Notes under the pieces: generated by a model | Database searches by the model: none | What the model was told of the DNA's origin: nothing | What the model saw: the letters and a program-made list of their open reading frames with translations, nothing else | Virus record (IMG/VR): IMGVR_UViG_3300032167_000048 | DNA length: 64,000 nt | Reading direction: 5' to 3' (one strand) | Origin: a virus | Taxonomy: Duplodnaviria; Caudoviricetes | Shown: positions 46,372 through 56,417 of the stretch, in pieces | Position numbering within the stretch: position 1 is the stretch's first letter | Layout: every line of letters begins with the position of its first letter | Translations under genes and position numbers: made by a program

Positions 46372-46380
46372 ATTAACCTC

Positions 46381-46545
46381 TTATTCTACGCTCTTAATGA
46401 CACAAACATTGTGAACAATAATTGTTTCGCCATAAATTGTTTCTATCCTTATCCAATTTGAAACCTGATTTGTTCTAAATTCAAAAGATAATACATCACA
46501 AAATGTTTCTTCTTTTCCATTATATTTAATTGTTTTTAATTTCAT
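46381..46545 (-). CDS. Hypothetical protein (54 aa)
   Basis: Hand-translated MKLKTIKYNG... Confidence 0.5.
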   Translation of the reverse strand: MKLKTIKYNGKEETFCDVLSFEFRTNQVSNWIRIETIYGETIIVHNVCVIKSVE

Positions 46546-46562
46546 CACTTAAAATCCTCGTT

Positions 46563-46823
46563 TTATAACTCTCTAACCTTAAACAAATTATATGTCATAG
46601 TTTCTTCATATGCTTTTGCCATTTTGTCAAATGCTTCTTTATCTCTAAAAATAAATTTGTTCTCAAAATATATTACGTCAGTTCCTTCTGGCATAGTCGA
46701 TTCATATTCGTAACCATACATTTTTTTATAAAACCAATTTATAATTTTATATTTGCTATATTTCTTTTGCTTCTTTATTTGTTGAGCAATAATACATGGT
46801 ATACCAAATAATAATTCATTCAT
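46563..46823 (-). CDS. Hypothetical protein
   Basis: ORF bounded by the motif. Confidence 0.6.
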   Translation of the reverse strand: MNELLFGIPCIIAQQIKKQKKYSKYKIINWFYKKMYGYEYESTMPEGTDVIYFENKFIFRDKEAFDKMAKAYEETMTYNLFKVREL

Positions 46824-46858
46824 TTTTTACCTCTTAAAACTAATCTTTTATAACCTTA

Positions 46859-47047
46859 TTAAAATGTTCTCATTTCCATTTCTTCATCTGAAATACAATC
46901 ACATTCTATCTGTGCATCAAAGTGTTCGCTTAAAAGACCAAGCCAATCATGTTCTGTAATGCTATGACCAGAAGCCCATTCAACACCATTTACTTCAAGA
47001 ATCTGCCAATCTCCAGATTCACAATTTGTTACTTTTACATGTTTCAT
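46859..47047 (-). CDS. Hypothetical protein
   Basis: Start MKHVKV after gaggtga RBS. Confidence 0.6.
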   Translation of the reverse strand: MKHVKVTNCESGDWQILEVNGVEWASGHSITEHDWLGLLSEHFDAQIECDCISDEEMEMRTF

Positions 47048-47048
47048 A

Positions 47049-47213
47049 TTATTCACCTCTATTAGAAATTTCTTCAACACAAACATATGCATAATGTGTA
47101 TACTCTTTATCATAAGCAACTGTAAATTCTGCATCTTCAAGTGCTTTTACAATTTTCTTTAAACTTTCTGTATCAGAAGCCTTTATCTCTGCAATCTTCA
47201 TAATTTTTAACAT
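47049..47213 (-). CDS. Hypothetical protein (54 aa)
   Basis: Hand-translated MLKIMKIAEIK... Confidence 0.5.
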   Translation of the reverse strand: MLKIMKIAEIKASDTESLKKIVKALEDAEFTVAYDKEYTHYAYVCVEEISNRGE

Positions 47214-47239
47214 ATGCTTTACCTCTTAAAATGTTAGTT

Positions 47240-47362
47240 TTAACATGTGCAACGCCATTGCCAATGTCCGTCCCAGAACACTTTCTCATAGTACTTGCAC
47301 CCTTTACAACCAATTGTCTTTCTTTTTGATTTACTTACTTTTCTTTTACAAAAGAAAGCCAT
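47240..47362 (-). CDS. 40-aa basic Cys-rich peptide
   Basis: MAFFCKRK...GCKGCKYY...WQWRCTC; lies exactly between two motifs. Confidence 0.5.
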   Translation of the reverse strand: MAFFCKRKVSKSKRKTIGCKGCKYYEKVFWDGHWQWRCTC

Positions 47363-47388
47363 ATCTTTTACCCCATAAAATTAAACTT

Positions 47389-47718
47389 TTATAATACTCT
47401 TATCCATGTGTTGTTGTGAAACACATAATCTTTATCCAAACATTCTTCTATACAAATGTCTCCGTTTTTAACCTTATCTGAATCAACACAAGAAATATTT
47501 TCTGTGTGGATAATACCATCTTTATCTCTGTACCATCCACCACAATAACCATCATATTTCTTTTTTAATTCTCGATATTCTTTAACAAAAAGCTCTTTGA
47601 ACCATAATTTATAAAATTCAAATGTATTTTTTGCATTAAGAAACTGCATATAATAATTTTCTCTATCTGTTTCATATGCAATCATTTCTTCTTTTGAATT
47701 AAATTCTATAAATTTCAT
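47389..47718 (-). CDS. Hypothetical protein
   Basis: ORF bounded by the motif. Confidence 0.6.
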   Translation of the reverse strand: MKFIEFNSKEEMIAYETDRENYYMQFLNAKNTFEFYKLWFKELFVKEYRELKKKYDGYCGGWYRDKDGIIHTENISCVDSDKVKNGDICIEECLDKDYVFHNNTWIRVL

Positions 47719-47733
47719 ATTACCTCTTAAAAT

Positions 47734-47964
47734 TCAGCTTTTACGTTCCCATATTCCAATAGCAATATGATAATGCAACCACCATACATCGATAACACTA
47801 CAATTAATATATCTATAAATCCAAGGTTGCCATACAATTGTTGGAACAAATGAAAATATATAATTATCATTACCAACACAAAATTTAATTGTCGGTTTAA
47901 TTCTATATTCTTTTCTATTTTCTTTTAATCTAATTGAATCTTTAATTAACTTCATTTTTCTCAA
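47734..47964 (-). CDS. Hypothetical protein
   Basis: ORF track. Confidence 0.5.
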   Translation of the reverse strand: MRKMKLIKDSIRLKENRKEYRIKPTIKFCVGNDNYIFSFVPTIVWQPWIYRYINCSVIDVWWLHYHIAIGIWERKS

Positions 47965-48220
47965 CCAATCTAAATGTAAATCTAGTATTTTCAGTTTTTA
48001 CGATAATCATATCATTCACATATTCCACACTCTGAATCACACTTGTATGAATTCTATGTGCAAGTTCTCTAAAACAACCATCTTCAATCCAAAGAAACCA
48101 GCCGCGCTCCCCAACATTAAAATATGCTGGGTAAGCGATTCTGCCCAATACTCCTTCATAAATTGGATTATGGTCATTAAACTCTTCAATTTCTTCAATA
48201 ATATATTTTTTATTATACAT
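47942..48220 (-). CDS. Hypothetical protein
   Basis: ORF track. Confidence 0.6.
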   Translation of the reverse strand: MYNKKYIIEEIEEFNDHNPIYEGVLGRIAYPAYFNVGERGWFLWIEDGCFRELAHRIHTSVIQSVEYVNDMIIVKTENTRFTFRLVEKNEVN

Positions 48221-48555
48221 TATTCATCTTCCCCTACTTCAAATAACTTATTTCTATTGTTCCAAACATAATCTGCAAATACATCAAAATTCATCATTAC
48301 TTGATTATATACATCAATTTTAACCGCATCTTTCTCTCTGTCTCCACCACACCAAGAAGTGATAACCACTTCCCATTCGGCTTTTGACCAGAAATAATAG
48401 AATAATTCTGACTTAAGCTGTTCTATAAAATCTTCTTTAATAAAACATTCTCTTGCAGCCTTTTTTACATTTTTGCAAAAACTATAATGGTCAAAAATAT
48501 TATAAGCTTCAATTTTTTTCTTATTAATATTATGGTGATATACATTCCATTCCAT
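48220..48555 (-). CDS. Hypothetical phage protein
   Basis: YYFWSKAEWE...KIDVYNQV. Confidence 0.65.
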   Translation of the reverse strand: MEWNVYHHNINKKKIEAYNIFDHYSFCKNVKKAARECFIKEDFIEQLKSELFYYFWSKAEWEVVITSWCGGDREKDAVKIDVYNQVMMNFDVFADYVWNNRNKLFEVGEDE

Positions 48556-48568
48556 ATTAATTACCTCA

Positions 48569-49750
48569 TTAAATATTATCAAGCCAGCTTAAATCAACAT
48601 CTTTATTATCTATAACGTTGCTACTTGTAGGAACACTATTGCCTAAAAGCCCACCAAACATATCATTGTTGTTTTGAGATGCTTCAAGTCTATTACAATA
48701 TTCATCATATGGTTTATGAAGACTTCTACTATAACCACATAAGTTTGCGAAGTAATAACTCTGTTCTTTTACAGATTCATCAGTATCCCAGAAACATCTA
48801 TCACTATGAGCCTCTCTATAATCGGCTTCTCTAAGTTCAATATCTTTAATAGTTGTTGATACATGAGTAGTCCATTTCTCAATCAGCTTCTCTACTAAAT
48901 CAACATAAACATAACAATCTGAAATCACGTATTTTGCTCTTACTTCTTCTGGAAGACAAGTAATATCATTTGTATCAAGTAGTTCTTTTAGATATTTATC
49001 TGGTTCATATCCAAAATGTTTCAACCAAGTTTTTGCATTACTCTGTAGACTTTCTCCAATTTTACAACGTTCTGATTCTCTTGTTTTAATAGCACCATTT
49101 TTCTGCTCATACTGAATAGTTACATATTTTAAGAAGTTCCAACAGATTTTAATCTTATCCATTGGTATACCCTGCTGATGCAATCCAATTGCATATAATA
49201 CCAACTGACCACATTCATTCTCTGCTTTTGCACCCTTATAAATACTAGATGTTTTAAAGTCCACGATATTAATACAATCATCTTCGTCTCTAAAAGCACA
49301 GTCGATATATCCTTGAAATAAGTTGCCATCAATCATGATTTTTACAAACTGTTCAATAATTGGTTTCTGCTTTAATACCGTATGATTATTAAAGAAGTGA
49401 ACTAAATTTTCATAATACTTATCTTTAATTTTCGTATTTTTTTCTTCATCTGTTCTATCAAATTTTAAGTCAGCGATATTAACAGCAACTGTCCAACCAT
49501 CTTCAAACTGACCAATCATGTCGCTATATTCAATTTGATTTGTATAAAACTTTTCTAAGATATCATGTGCCAAACCACCAGTTGTCGTATAAATAGAGTT
49601 TGCTCTATCTTCTTTTGCTTTTTTAATATATTTTAAATAATATTCATACGGACTTGTATGAAAACAATTAATTTTAGACCATGACCAAATACGGTCAACG
49701 CCTTCTTTTTTCATAAGAGCCTGTAACTGCTCACTCGTTAATCTAGCCAT
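48569..49750 (-). CDS. PD-(D/E)XK (RecB/Cas4-like) exonuclease
   Basis: SWSKI, G...H, GYID, IVDFKT, QLVLY. Confidence 0.85.
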   Translation of the reverse strand: MARLTSEQLQALMKKEGVDRIWSWSKINCFHTSPYEYYLKYIKKAKEDRANSIYTTTGGLAHDILEKFYTNQIEYSDMIGQFEDGWTVAVNIADLKFDRTDEEKNTKIKDKYYENLVHFFNNHTVLKQKPIIEQFVKIMIDGNLFQGYIDCAFRDEDDCINIVDFKTSSIYKGAKAENECGQLVLYAIGLHQQGIPMDKIKICWNFLKYVTIQYEQKNGAIKTRESERCKIGESLQSNAKTWLKHFGYEPDKYLKELLDTNDITCLPEEVRAKYVISDCYVYVDLVEKLIEKWTTHVSTTIKDIELREADYREAHSDRCFWDTDESVKEQSYYFANLCGYSRSLHKPYDEYCNRLEASQNNNDMFGGLLGNSVPTSSNVIDNKDVDLSWLDNI

Positions 49751-49778
49751 TCATTTACCTCTTTTATTTATTTGTTTT

Positions 49779-49807
49779 ATTATAACATTATTAGTTATAT
49801 TTGTCAA
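49779..49807 (-). promoter_or_regulatory. Consensus sigmaA promoter
   Basis: TTGACA-17-TATAAT with TG extension. Confidence 0.85.
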
Positions 49808-49825
49808 TATGTTTTTTGGAAAAAA

Positions 49826-50200
49826 TTACATTTCCAACGCTAATACGTTATCTTTATCATAGTCACTATATATTTTATTAACGCCAAGATTATTGTAAAT
49901 CTCACTGATTTCTCTGCCGTCACGCATAATAACTTTTACGAGCCATCTGCCAAAACTATCTGTATCGGCTGCCTCGTCATTTTTCTCTGATTTAATAATA
50001 ACATCTTTATATAAGAAATTTTCTTCTGCATATTTTTTTACTATTAAACCAAGAATTTTTTCTTCACCAAATTTTTCTGGTGTATCAACATCTAATAATC
50101 TAACTCTTTCATGGACATGAATATTAAAACCTAAATCAATATCCATATCAAATGTATCGCCATCAACAATATTTGTTATTGTAGCTTGGTATTCGTACAT
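49826..50200 (-). CDS. Thermonuclease (SNase) family protein
   Basis: VDGDT, RVRL.DVDTPE, D.FGRWL. Confidence 0.88.
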   Translation of the reverse strand: MYEYQATITNIVDGDTFDMDIDLGFNIHVHERVRLLDVDTPEKFGEEKILGLIVKKYAEENFLYKDVIIKSEKNDEAADTDSFGRWLVKVIMRDGREISEIYNNLGVNKIYSDYDKDNVLALEM

Positions 50201-50205
50201 AATAC

Positions 50206-50475
50206 TTACTCCATAATTTTTTCAAATCTCATTTTCTGTTTTACATCTGGATATTTTTCATGGTCTACTTCTGACATGAACATATCCAATGGTCTACACC
50301 ATACACAATCTGGATTGTCAACACTTTTATAAATAATCATTGGTTCTGCTGTTTCACTATGCACAGCAATATTCATAACAAAATAAATATTTCCTTTAAA
50401 ATGTCTGTATTTATAACCAACAACATGGTCTTTCATATTGTTTACTTTTGCTTGTACATTCATTCTATTATCCAT
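50206..50475 (-). CDS. DUF1653-family protein
   Basis: YRHFKG..Y....A.HSET.E...Y...W.RP..MF. Confidence 0.85.
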   Translation of the reverse strand: MDNRMNVQAKVNNMKDHVVGYKYRHFKGNIYFVMNIAVHSETAEPMIIYKSVDNPDCVWCRPLDMFMSEVDHEKYPDVKQKMRFEKIME

Positions 50476-50514
50476 AATATCACCCCTTAAAATCACCATT
50501 TTATTGCCTTTTAA

Positions 50515-50562
50515 ACACAATATATTGTGTCGTTATTTTTAATAATACACTATATATAGTAT
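50515..50562. promoter_or_regulatory. Tandem NrdR-box pair
   Basis: acacaatatattgtgt (50515) and acactatatatagtat (50547), 32 bp apart. Confidence 0.7.
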
Positions 50563-50759
50563 TAAATATCTTTATATTCACACATATCTGTAAAATCATC
50601 TGGTGAATTTTTAAATCCAACTCTTGAATAATCCAAACCACCATCTACATATACAGTTCCACATTTGCATTCTACAAAATCGTGTCTATGTTTGGACTCA
50701 ATTACTTCTACACAATGATTACACTTAATTGCATTTCTAATTAATTTCTTTTCATTCAT
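50562..50759 (-). CDS. Small zinc-binding phage protein
   Basis: CNHC...ESKHRHDF..CKCG...VDGG.DY.R. Confidence 0.75.
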   Translation of the reverse strand: MNEKKLIRNAIKCNHCVEVIESKHRHDFVECKCGTVYVDGGLDYSRVGFKNSPDDFTDMCEYKDI

Positions 50760-50762
50760 TTT

Positions 50763-51836
50763 TTAAAACCTCTTTTTTAAACTCTTCTCATATTTTTCAT
50801 GTTGCGTTGTATCATAAACAATTCTGTTATCAAACAGATATTGGAAATCTTTATCACGCGCATCTGCTGGACTATCTTTAGCAGATAAGATATCCCATTT
50901 ATCTTTAATGTAGCTTACTTTTCTGCCTCTCCAAAATTTTTCGCACATATGCCATACTTCTTCGTCTCTAATGTCTTTATCCATAGCTATCACTATTTCT
51001 ACATTTAAGCCCCAAAGAATATTTATCTGTTCGTCACTCAACGTGTGACCAGATAATGCCACGCCAGTTTCATCAAACAAACTATCTCTTTTTAAAACGC
51101 TTTTTTCTGCTTCATATACAACCACATAACCAGCCTTTTTAATTGATTCGCTGTTTTCATATAATCCGTATAAATTTAATAGCTTTGGATATGTTGGTGT
51201 AATAAAATATTTTTTAATCCCAAATTCATTATAGTTTTCTACCGTAGTTCTCTGATTAAAACCAAGCAGCTCACCAGTAAGCCAATATTTCATAGGAATA
51301 ATTACACGTTTATATTTATAACTATAAGCCAGAGCAAATTTCTTTCTGGTCTTTTCTGTTATACCCTCTCTTAACCAGTCAATATGCAACATTGGAATAT
51401 AATCATTCATTAGTTTATCATCTAAAATATGAATATCATCAACATCTATTGTTCTTTTTTTACCACAAGCACGCTTAAATACTTCAAGAGGGTCGAATTT
51501 TTTCTTGGGCTTTTCCGCTCTTTTATATTCATATTTAATCCCAAGAATATTATGTATATATTTAATTGCCTCAATAATAGACATATTTTTATTATATTGG
51601 ACTAGAGTTACAATGTCAGAACCTTCGCCAAACTCTTTTTCTCTAGTCCAATTTGTTACGCTCAAATACTCGTTATTTCTTACATTAATAGCGCCTTTGT
51701 TATCGCCATTAAAATTACCACATGAATAAAATTCTTTTTTAGGATGATAAACTATACTGTGACAACCAATTTCCTCTAAGATATATTCTATTTTTTTATT
51801 TTTCCAAATATACTCTTTTAATTCACCAATTGTCAT
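50763..51836 (-). CDS. DNA primase (TOPRIM)
   Basis: RVIIP, LYGL, YEAEKS, IAMDKD, K.SP.D; adjacent to the helicase. Confidence 0.8.
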   Translation of the reverse strand: MTIGELKEYIWKNKKIEYILEEIGCHSIVYHPKKEFYSCGNFNGDNKGAINVRNNEYLSVTNWTREKEFGEGSDIVTLVQYNKNMSIIEAIKYIHNILGIKYEYKRAEKPKKKFDPLEVFKRACGKKRTIDVDDIHILDDKLMNDYIPMLHIDWLREGITEKTRKKFALAYSYKYKRVIIPMKYWLTGELLGFNQRTTVENYNEFGIKKYFITPTYPKLLNLYGLYENSESIKKAGYVVVYEAEKSVLKRDSLFDETGVALSGHTLSDEQINILWGLNVEIVIAMDKDIRDEEVWHMCEKFWRGRKVSYIKDKWDILSAKDSPADARDKDFQYLFDNRIVYDTTQHEKYEKSLKKRF

Positions 51837-51860
51837 AATCTTCTACCCTACATCCTTATT

Positions 51861-53342
51861 TTAATAATCTTGAATTACGTTACAATAACCTAAGTCTTCG
51901 TATTTATTTATTGAAAAATCTGCCTCGCTAATAATCTGAACATCACTCATACCATGTCTGTTTTTGCTTATAAAGCCAATCATATAATGTTTATCTTTTT
52001 TCAGTCTAAACTCAACGTTACTACTACTGTTTTTGATTGGGTTATAGCAATACAGCTCATCTTTGCCACCCTCATACTCTGTTTGGAGCGGTCTTCTAAA
52101 AAATACATTAACACTAAATACGTCTAATATACCTTTAGAAACACCAATATCTGAATTTGTAAGGTATTTACTTTTATTTTTTACAAGCTGATATGTAATA
52201 ACCATACAAGTATCTGTATGTTTGATACAATCATAAAAATCTACGCAATCTGTCATAAGAGATTTCCAAGACTCTTTATCACGAGAATCGTAACTTTCTT
52301 TTAATGTATCCAATACTATAACATCAACTCCCATTTTAGAATATTTTTTAATTAACTTTACAACAGTTTTTGCGGTATACTGTTCTAATGGGATAATTGT
52401 TATATTTTTTCTTTCTTTTAAGCTTTCAAACCATTCAGCTGCTTTATATAAAACCTCTTTAGTCTCCTTATCAAATCCGCCATCTCTAAGGATTCTTTTA
52501 GGTATTGGATGTTTTAAAATATTTGAACAATACCAAACAATCGCTTCTTTTTTAAACTTATTTTGGTCTTCTTCATTGATAATAAATAAAGCTCTTAGGT
52601 CTTTATCCATTATTGTTGGGAATATATAGTTAATGCTTAAAGTAGATTTACCAACACCGCTCGATGCTCCAAATCCTATAATGTTACCACCTAACATACC
52701 ACCAGTTTCAGCATTTAATATTTTGCAATTTTTAAATGGGATTCCAACATTCTTACCAGCGTCTAACTCTTCGATTAAATTTTTCATGCCATCAAAACCA
52801 TTATATGATTTGATGTTGTTGTCTACATTGGCAAAAATATCATTTAAATAAACTGTATATTCGTCATACAGTTCTTCTGTTGACATATCACAAATTTCAC
52901 TAAGTCTCTTTTTATCACAAGGAAATCCATATTTAATTAATTTAGCAACTGTATTCCACTTTCTTAAATCTGTTACATAACTTTCAAAGTTTTCTTCTTG
53001 AATATAAGCGGTTGCATTTTCAATGGTCTGATATCCGCCATATTCATTATAATACTTGTCTGCTAACTGAGAATGCTTATCTAAATACAAGCCGATATCT
53101 ACTTCAGATAACGTTACCTTTTTCTCGTTAATAATCATATCTCTTGCTATTTCAAAGTATACCTTCCAACAATTGTGGTGAAAGTCATTTATAGTTAAAT
53201 TTGTTTCTCTTAACAAATCTGGATTTTTATATATCATTGAAACAATAGATGCTTCGTCACCTAATTTGTATTCAAGAATTTGTTTCGCAGCTTCCGCCTG
53301 CTGTTTTTCAAATGGAGTCGGTTTATTATTTTTTTCTGCCAT
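51861..53342 (-). CDS. DnaB-like replicative helicase
   Basis: ASSGVGKS, NEE, VLDTLK, YQL, KNR.G. Confidence 0.85.
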   Translation of the reverse strand: MAEKNNKPTPFEKQQAEAAKQILEYKLGDEASIVSMIYKNPDLLRETNLTINDFHHNCWKVYFEIARDMIINEKKVTLSEVDIGLYLDKHSQLADKYYNEYGGYQTIENATAYIQEENFESYVTDLRKWNTVAKLIKYGFPCDKKRLSEICDMSTEELYDEYTVYLNDIFANVDNNIKSYNGFDGMKNLIEELDAGKNVGIPFKNCKILNAETGGMLGGNIIGFGASSGVGKSTLSINYIFPTIMDKDLRALFIINEEDQNKFKKEAIVWYCSNILKHPIPKRILRDGGFDKETKEVLYKAAEWFESLKERKNITIIPLEQYTAKTVVKLIKKYSKMGVDVIVLDTLKESYDSRDKESWKSLMTDCVDFYDCIKHTDTCMVITYQLVKNKSKYLTNSDIGVSKGILDVFSVNVFFRRPLQTEYEGGKDELYCYNPIKNSSSNVEFRLKKDKHYMIGFISKNRHGMSDVQIISEADFSINKYEDLGYCNVIQDY

Positions 53343-53351
53343 TATTCTCTC

Positions 53352-54008
53352 CTACCATAAATTCGAAAATCTATCTTTCTTCTTTTCTTTTGGTTTATAT
53401 TCAACCCCAACATGATTCACAATTTCTACTGTTGTATTTTTTGCTTCTTCTTTTGCCTTTTCAACATTTTTCATTCTGATGTATATATCATTAATATTTT
53501 GTTCTACAATTTTTAAGGCAACATTAAATCTATGCATTTCATCATTAAATCTGCTTGTTCTAAAAACATTATGAATAGTTGGAGAGCAAAATTTAAAAGT
53601 GTTCAGAATAGTCTGATATGAATAATCGGCAGTAGATTTAGTATTATTATTCTCCATAAACTTATTGGTTAATAATCCTTTTAATCTAAGAGCCATTTTT
53701 TGAGATAATGCTTGTTTAGGGTCATATCCCATAATATTAACCTTTACATATTGATAAAGCTCATCCCAATCTTTATTATCTTTATCAGACATCTTTTTTA
53801 CTTTTTTCTCTGGTTTAACATCTTCTTCTTTTTTGCATCCACAAGACTTAACACGTTTTTGATTTAGGTCGCTACCACGAACAGCGAAGTCTTTTGTGCC
53901 ACATTCGCAGTCACAATACCAAACAACATGCCTTTTATCGTTTGGCGCTCTTCCAGTTACCGTGAGCAAACCAAATTTTTTACCAGTCAAATCATTAGGT
54001 TTTGCCAT
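53352..54008 (-). CDS. Helicase-adjacent protein with an N-terminal Cys-rich domain (DLTGKKFG.L...WYC.C.CG...SCGC)
   Basis: N-terminal motif typical of HNH/AP2-associated domains; no nuclease domain follows. Confidence 0.6.
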   Translation of the reverse strand: MAKPNDLTGKKFGLLTVTGRAPNDKRHVVWYCDCECGTKDFAVRGSDLNQKRVKSCGCKKEEDVKPEKKVKKMSDKDNKDWDELYQYVKVNIMGYDPKQALSQKMALRLKGLLTNKFMENNNTKSTADYSYQTILNTFKFCSPTIHNVFRTSRFNDEMHRFNVALKIVEQNINDIYIRMKNVEKAKEEAKNTTVEIVNHVGVEYKPKEKKKDRFSNLW

Positions 54009-54039
54009 GTTCTCACTCCTATCCATTATTTATTTTATA

Positions 54040-54065
54040 ACCCTGCGACTATATGGTCGCAGGGT
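54040..54065 (-). terminator. Hairpin/terminator
   Basis: accctgcgac-tatatg-gtcgcagggt. Confidence 0.65.
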
Positions 54066-54074
54066 GTATGTTTA

Positions 54075-55163
54075 TTATTTACAAACAGCTAATACTTCTT
54101 TCGCTACATTTAAATCATCGATTTCATTTGGATTTCCAAATCCTTTTTCTTTATAAATCGCCATTGCTGGTTTAATGGCATCCATATTTGATTTATTTGC
54201 AACAAAGAATTCAACAATTTTAGCTTTAACTTCTTCTAATTCTTTTTCTGCCTTTGCTTTTGATTCAGCTTCTGCAAGACGTTTCATATTTTCTACTTCT
54301 TCTTTTTCATTTTCTTTTTTGCGGTCTTCTACAGACTTTCCACCTTTTTTCACTTCGGCTTCTAAAGCATTCTTCATTGCTTCAATAAATTCATCTGCAT
54401 CAAAGTTAATTTCATTAGTAATCTGACTCATACGGCTTCCGCTATCTACTGTATAGTTGTCATCTCTAAACTTAATTTTTCTTGTTTCAGATTTTACATT
54501 AACAACTTCCTTACCATTAACTTTTCCTTTTACAAGTTCTCTATCAATGTATGCAATACCAACTAAGTCAATATTCTTTTTAAGCTGATTGAAGTATCTC
54601 TGAGATACATCTGAAGTAATCTGCTGATATGATTCATTTGTAATTGGGTCTGTAATAGTTGTCTGACGGACATGACCGATTACACTAAATGCAACTCCAA
54701 CATTTCTCAGTCTAAAGAGCTGTTCCTGAAGAAGTTCCATAGCTTTGTCCTGACCTTTCATATAACCGCCCCAAGCAGCATTGATTGCAGTTGTTCTCTT
54801 AGCTGGATTTTCTTTGTTCCATAATCTAATAGATTCCTGCTCTGCAAGCTGAAGTGCATTATCAAGTGTATCTAAGAATACAACTTTTAAATCAGCATAG
54901 TCAGTTGTTCTATTATCAACAATATCATCAATGATTTCTACAAATGTTTCCCAATCTGGAACATCTTCATAAATGATATCTTCGATATATTTTGCACCAT
55001 TTTCACGATACATTTCTAAAAAGATATAATTATCTCCTACTAATTTTTCTGCAACTTCTTTCATGATTGTTGTCTTACCAATCTTAGGAAGACCTAATAA
55101 ACAGATGTTTGCATCAAGTGGATTAAGTGATACGTGATTTTTCTTACCAAATTTTCTTGCCAT
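54075..55163 (-). CDS. AAA_24/Sak4-like ATPase
   Basis: GLPKIGKTT, FLDTLD, WGGY.KG, IGH. Confidence 0.8.
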   Translation of the reverse strand: MARKFGKKNHVSLNPLDANICLLGLPKIGKTTIMKEVAEKLVGDNYIFLEMYRENGAKYIEDIIYEDVPDWETFVEIIDDIVDNRTTDYADLKVVFLDTLDNALQLAEQESIRLWNKENPAKRTTAINAAWGGYMKGQDKAMELLQEQLFRLRNVGVAFSVIGHVRQTTITDPITNESYQQITSDVSQRYFNQLKKNIDLVGIAYIDRELVKGKVNGKEVVNVKSETRKIKFRDDNYTVDSGSRMSQITNEINFDADEFIEAMKNALEAEVKKGGKSVEDRKKENEKEEVENMKRLAEAESKAKAEKELEEVKAKIVEFFVANKSNMDAIKPAMAIYKEKGFGNPNEIDDLNVAKEVLAVCK

Positions 55164-55195
55164 TTCATATACCTCTTTTCATTCTTTTAATTGTT

Positions 55196-55219
55196 AGAGG
55201 GATAAATTAATATCCCTCT
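55196..55219 (-). terminator. Hairpin/terminator
   Basis: agagggata-aattaa-tatccctct. Confidence 0.6.
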
Positions 55220-55240
55220 TATAAGTTTATTTGTTATGTA

Positions 55241-56398
55241 TTATAATTTTGAAAGCCAATCCATGCTATCGTCTGATTCTGTATCCTCATTAAATGGAAC
55301 TTCTTCATCTTTTGCTTCATTAAAGTCATACAGATAATCAAGAATTAAATCTTCTTCTGTATATTTTTCTTCAAACTTCTGTACAACTGGTACTTTATCT
55401 TCTCCTACAAGTTTAATAGTAGGTTTTTTAAGAATCATTCTACGTTCTTTGCTTCCATTTGCAGTACATCTAGCAAGAGCTTCATCTTTATCATATAATC
55501 CCATTTCTACCAAGCCTTTGATATCATCTGGAATGTCGTCCCATGTAGCAGTCACAACAGCTCCACCCTCAACAAATTCACCGTCAAATGTAATCTGTGT
55601 AACATCTTTTTTAACTTTGAATAATTTATCTAAAATTGTTTTACAAAGCTTTTCATTTTCAAGGTTGAGTTCGAATTCAAACTGTTTAGGGAATGGATAC
55701 TGACCTTTTACTTCAATACCGTTAACCTCTTTAACATAATCAAGAACTCTTGTGTCTACATACATAACACCTTTATCTTTATCGATATTCTTAAGGCTTG
55801 CAGAGTCTTTATCAATTAAAACAGTCTGAGTAAACTTAGCTGTATATTTAGATGGGTCATCAACTTTACTAAGTACAATGCTTGTAATTGTTTTTCTAAC
55901 CTGAGTAACATCGTTATATGTAGAGTATTTTAAATTACCACGGACATTTACAACCATGTCTTCTGTTAAGTGTTCTTTGATGTATGCGATGGCATCATAT
56001 TCGCTAAGAAACTTATTATAGAAAGTTTTGCCCTTATCTGTAGTTTCAAGACCAACTGTGATAAATGAAAGGTCTCCAATTTCTTCAAGAACATTTTCAT
56101 TAAGTCTGTCTTCCCAATCTACAACAATCTGCTTTTCGAAATCGTCAGAACCGTCATCTTTCTTGCCATGTTTGTAAAGTTTATTTTCTCTATCTTCTCC
56201 ATAGCCACCCATCATTTCTGCGTAAATTACACCATGACGTTCTCCACAATCAATACCAAGGTTCATGCTGTTATATACCCACTGGCTTTTTTCACTGTGC
56301 TCATCGATTTTAAATGTGTACTCTTCATTAATTTTTGGCGTTCCAATAAGTGTAAAATTTGATACCCAATCTGTTCTTTTAATTACTTTCTTATCCAT
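55241..56398 (-). CDS. Probable single-stranded DNA-binding/replication protein
   Basis: Beta-rich, acidic C-terminal tail, upstream of the ATPase-helicase-primase block. Confidence 0.55.
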   Translation of the reverse strand: MDKKVIKRTDWVSNFTLIGTPKINEEYTFKIDEHSEKSQWVYNSMNLGIDCGERHGVIYAEMMGGYGEDRENKLYKHGKKDDGSDDFEKQIVVDWEDRLNENVLEEIGDLSFITVGLETTDKGKTFYNKFLSEYDAIAYIKEHLTEDMVVNVRGNLKYSTYNDVTQVRKTITSIVLSKVDDPSKYTAKFTQTVLIDKDSASLKNIDKDKGVMYVDTRVLDYVKEVNGIEVKGQYPFPKQFEFELNLENEKLCKTILDKLFKVKKDVTQITFDGEFVEGGAVVTATWDDIPDDIKGLVEMGLYDKDEALARCTANGSKERRMILKKPTIKLVGEDKVPVVQKFEEKYTEEDLILDYLYDFNEAKDEEVPFNEDTESDDSMDWLSKL

Positions 56399-56417
56399 GT
56401 TCATTCCTCCGTTTTAA

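Larger units (their letters stand above)
43725..47743. repeat. Dense cluster of 12 TAAAA-N6-TTTTA motifs at gene junctions
   Basis: Starts at 43725, 43937, 44236, 44452, 44759, 45305, 45533, 46550, 46835, 47227, 47376, 47728. Confidence 0.85.

Noticed and set aside
43725-47743. CRISPR array or classical integron attC array
   Set aside because: The repeats have only 10 fixed bases and are separated by whole genes; there are no GTTRRRY/RYYYAAC boxes and no cas or intI gene. The PD-(D/E)XK gene sits in replication context.
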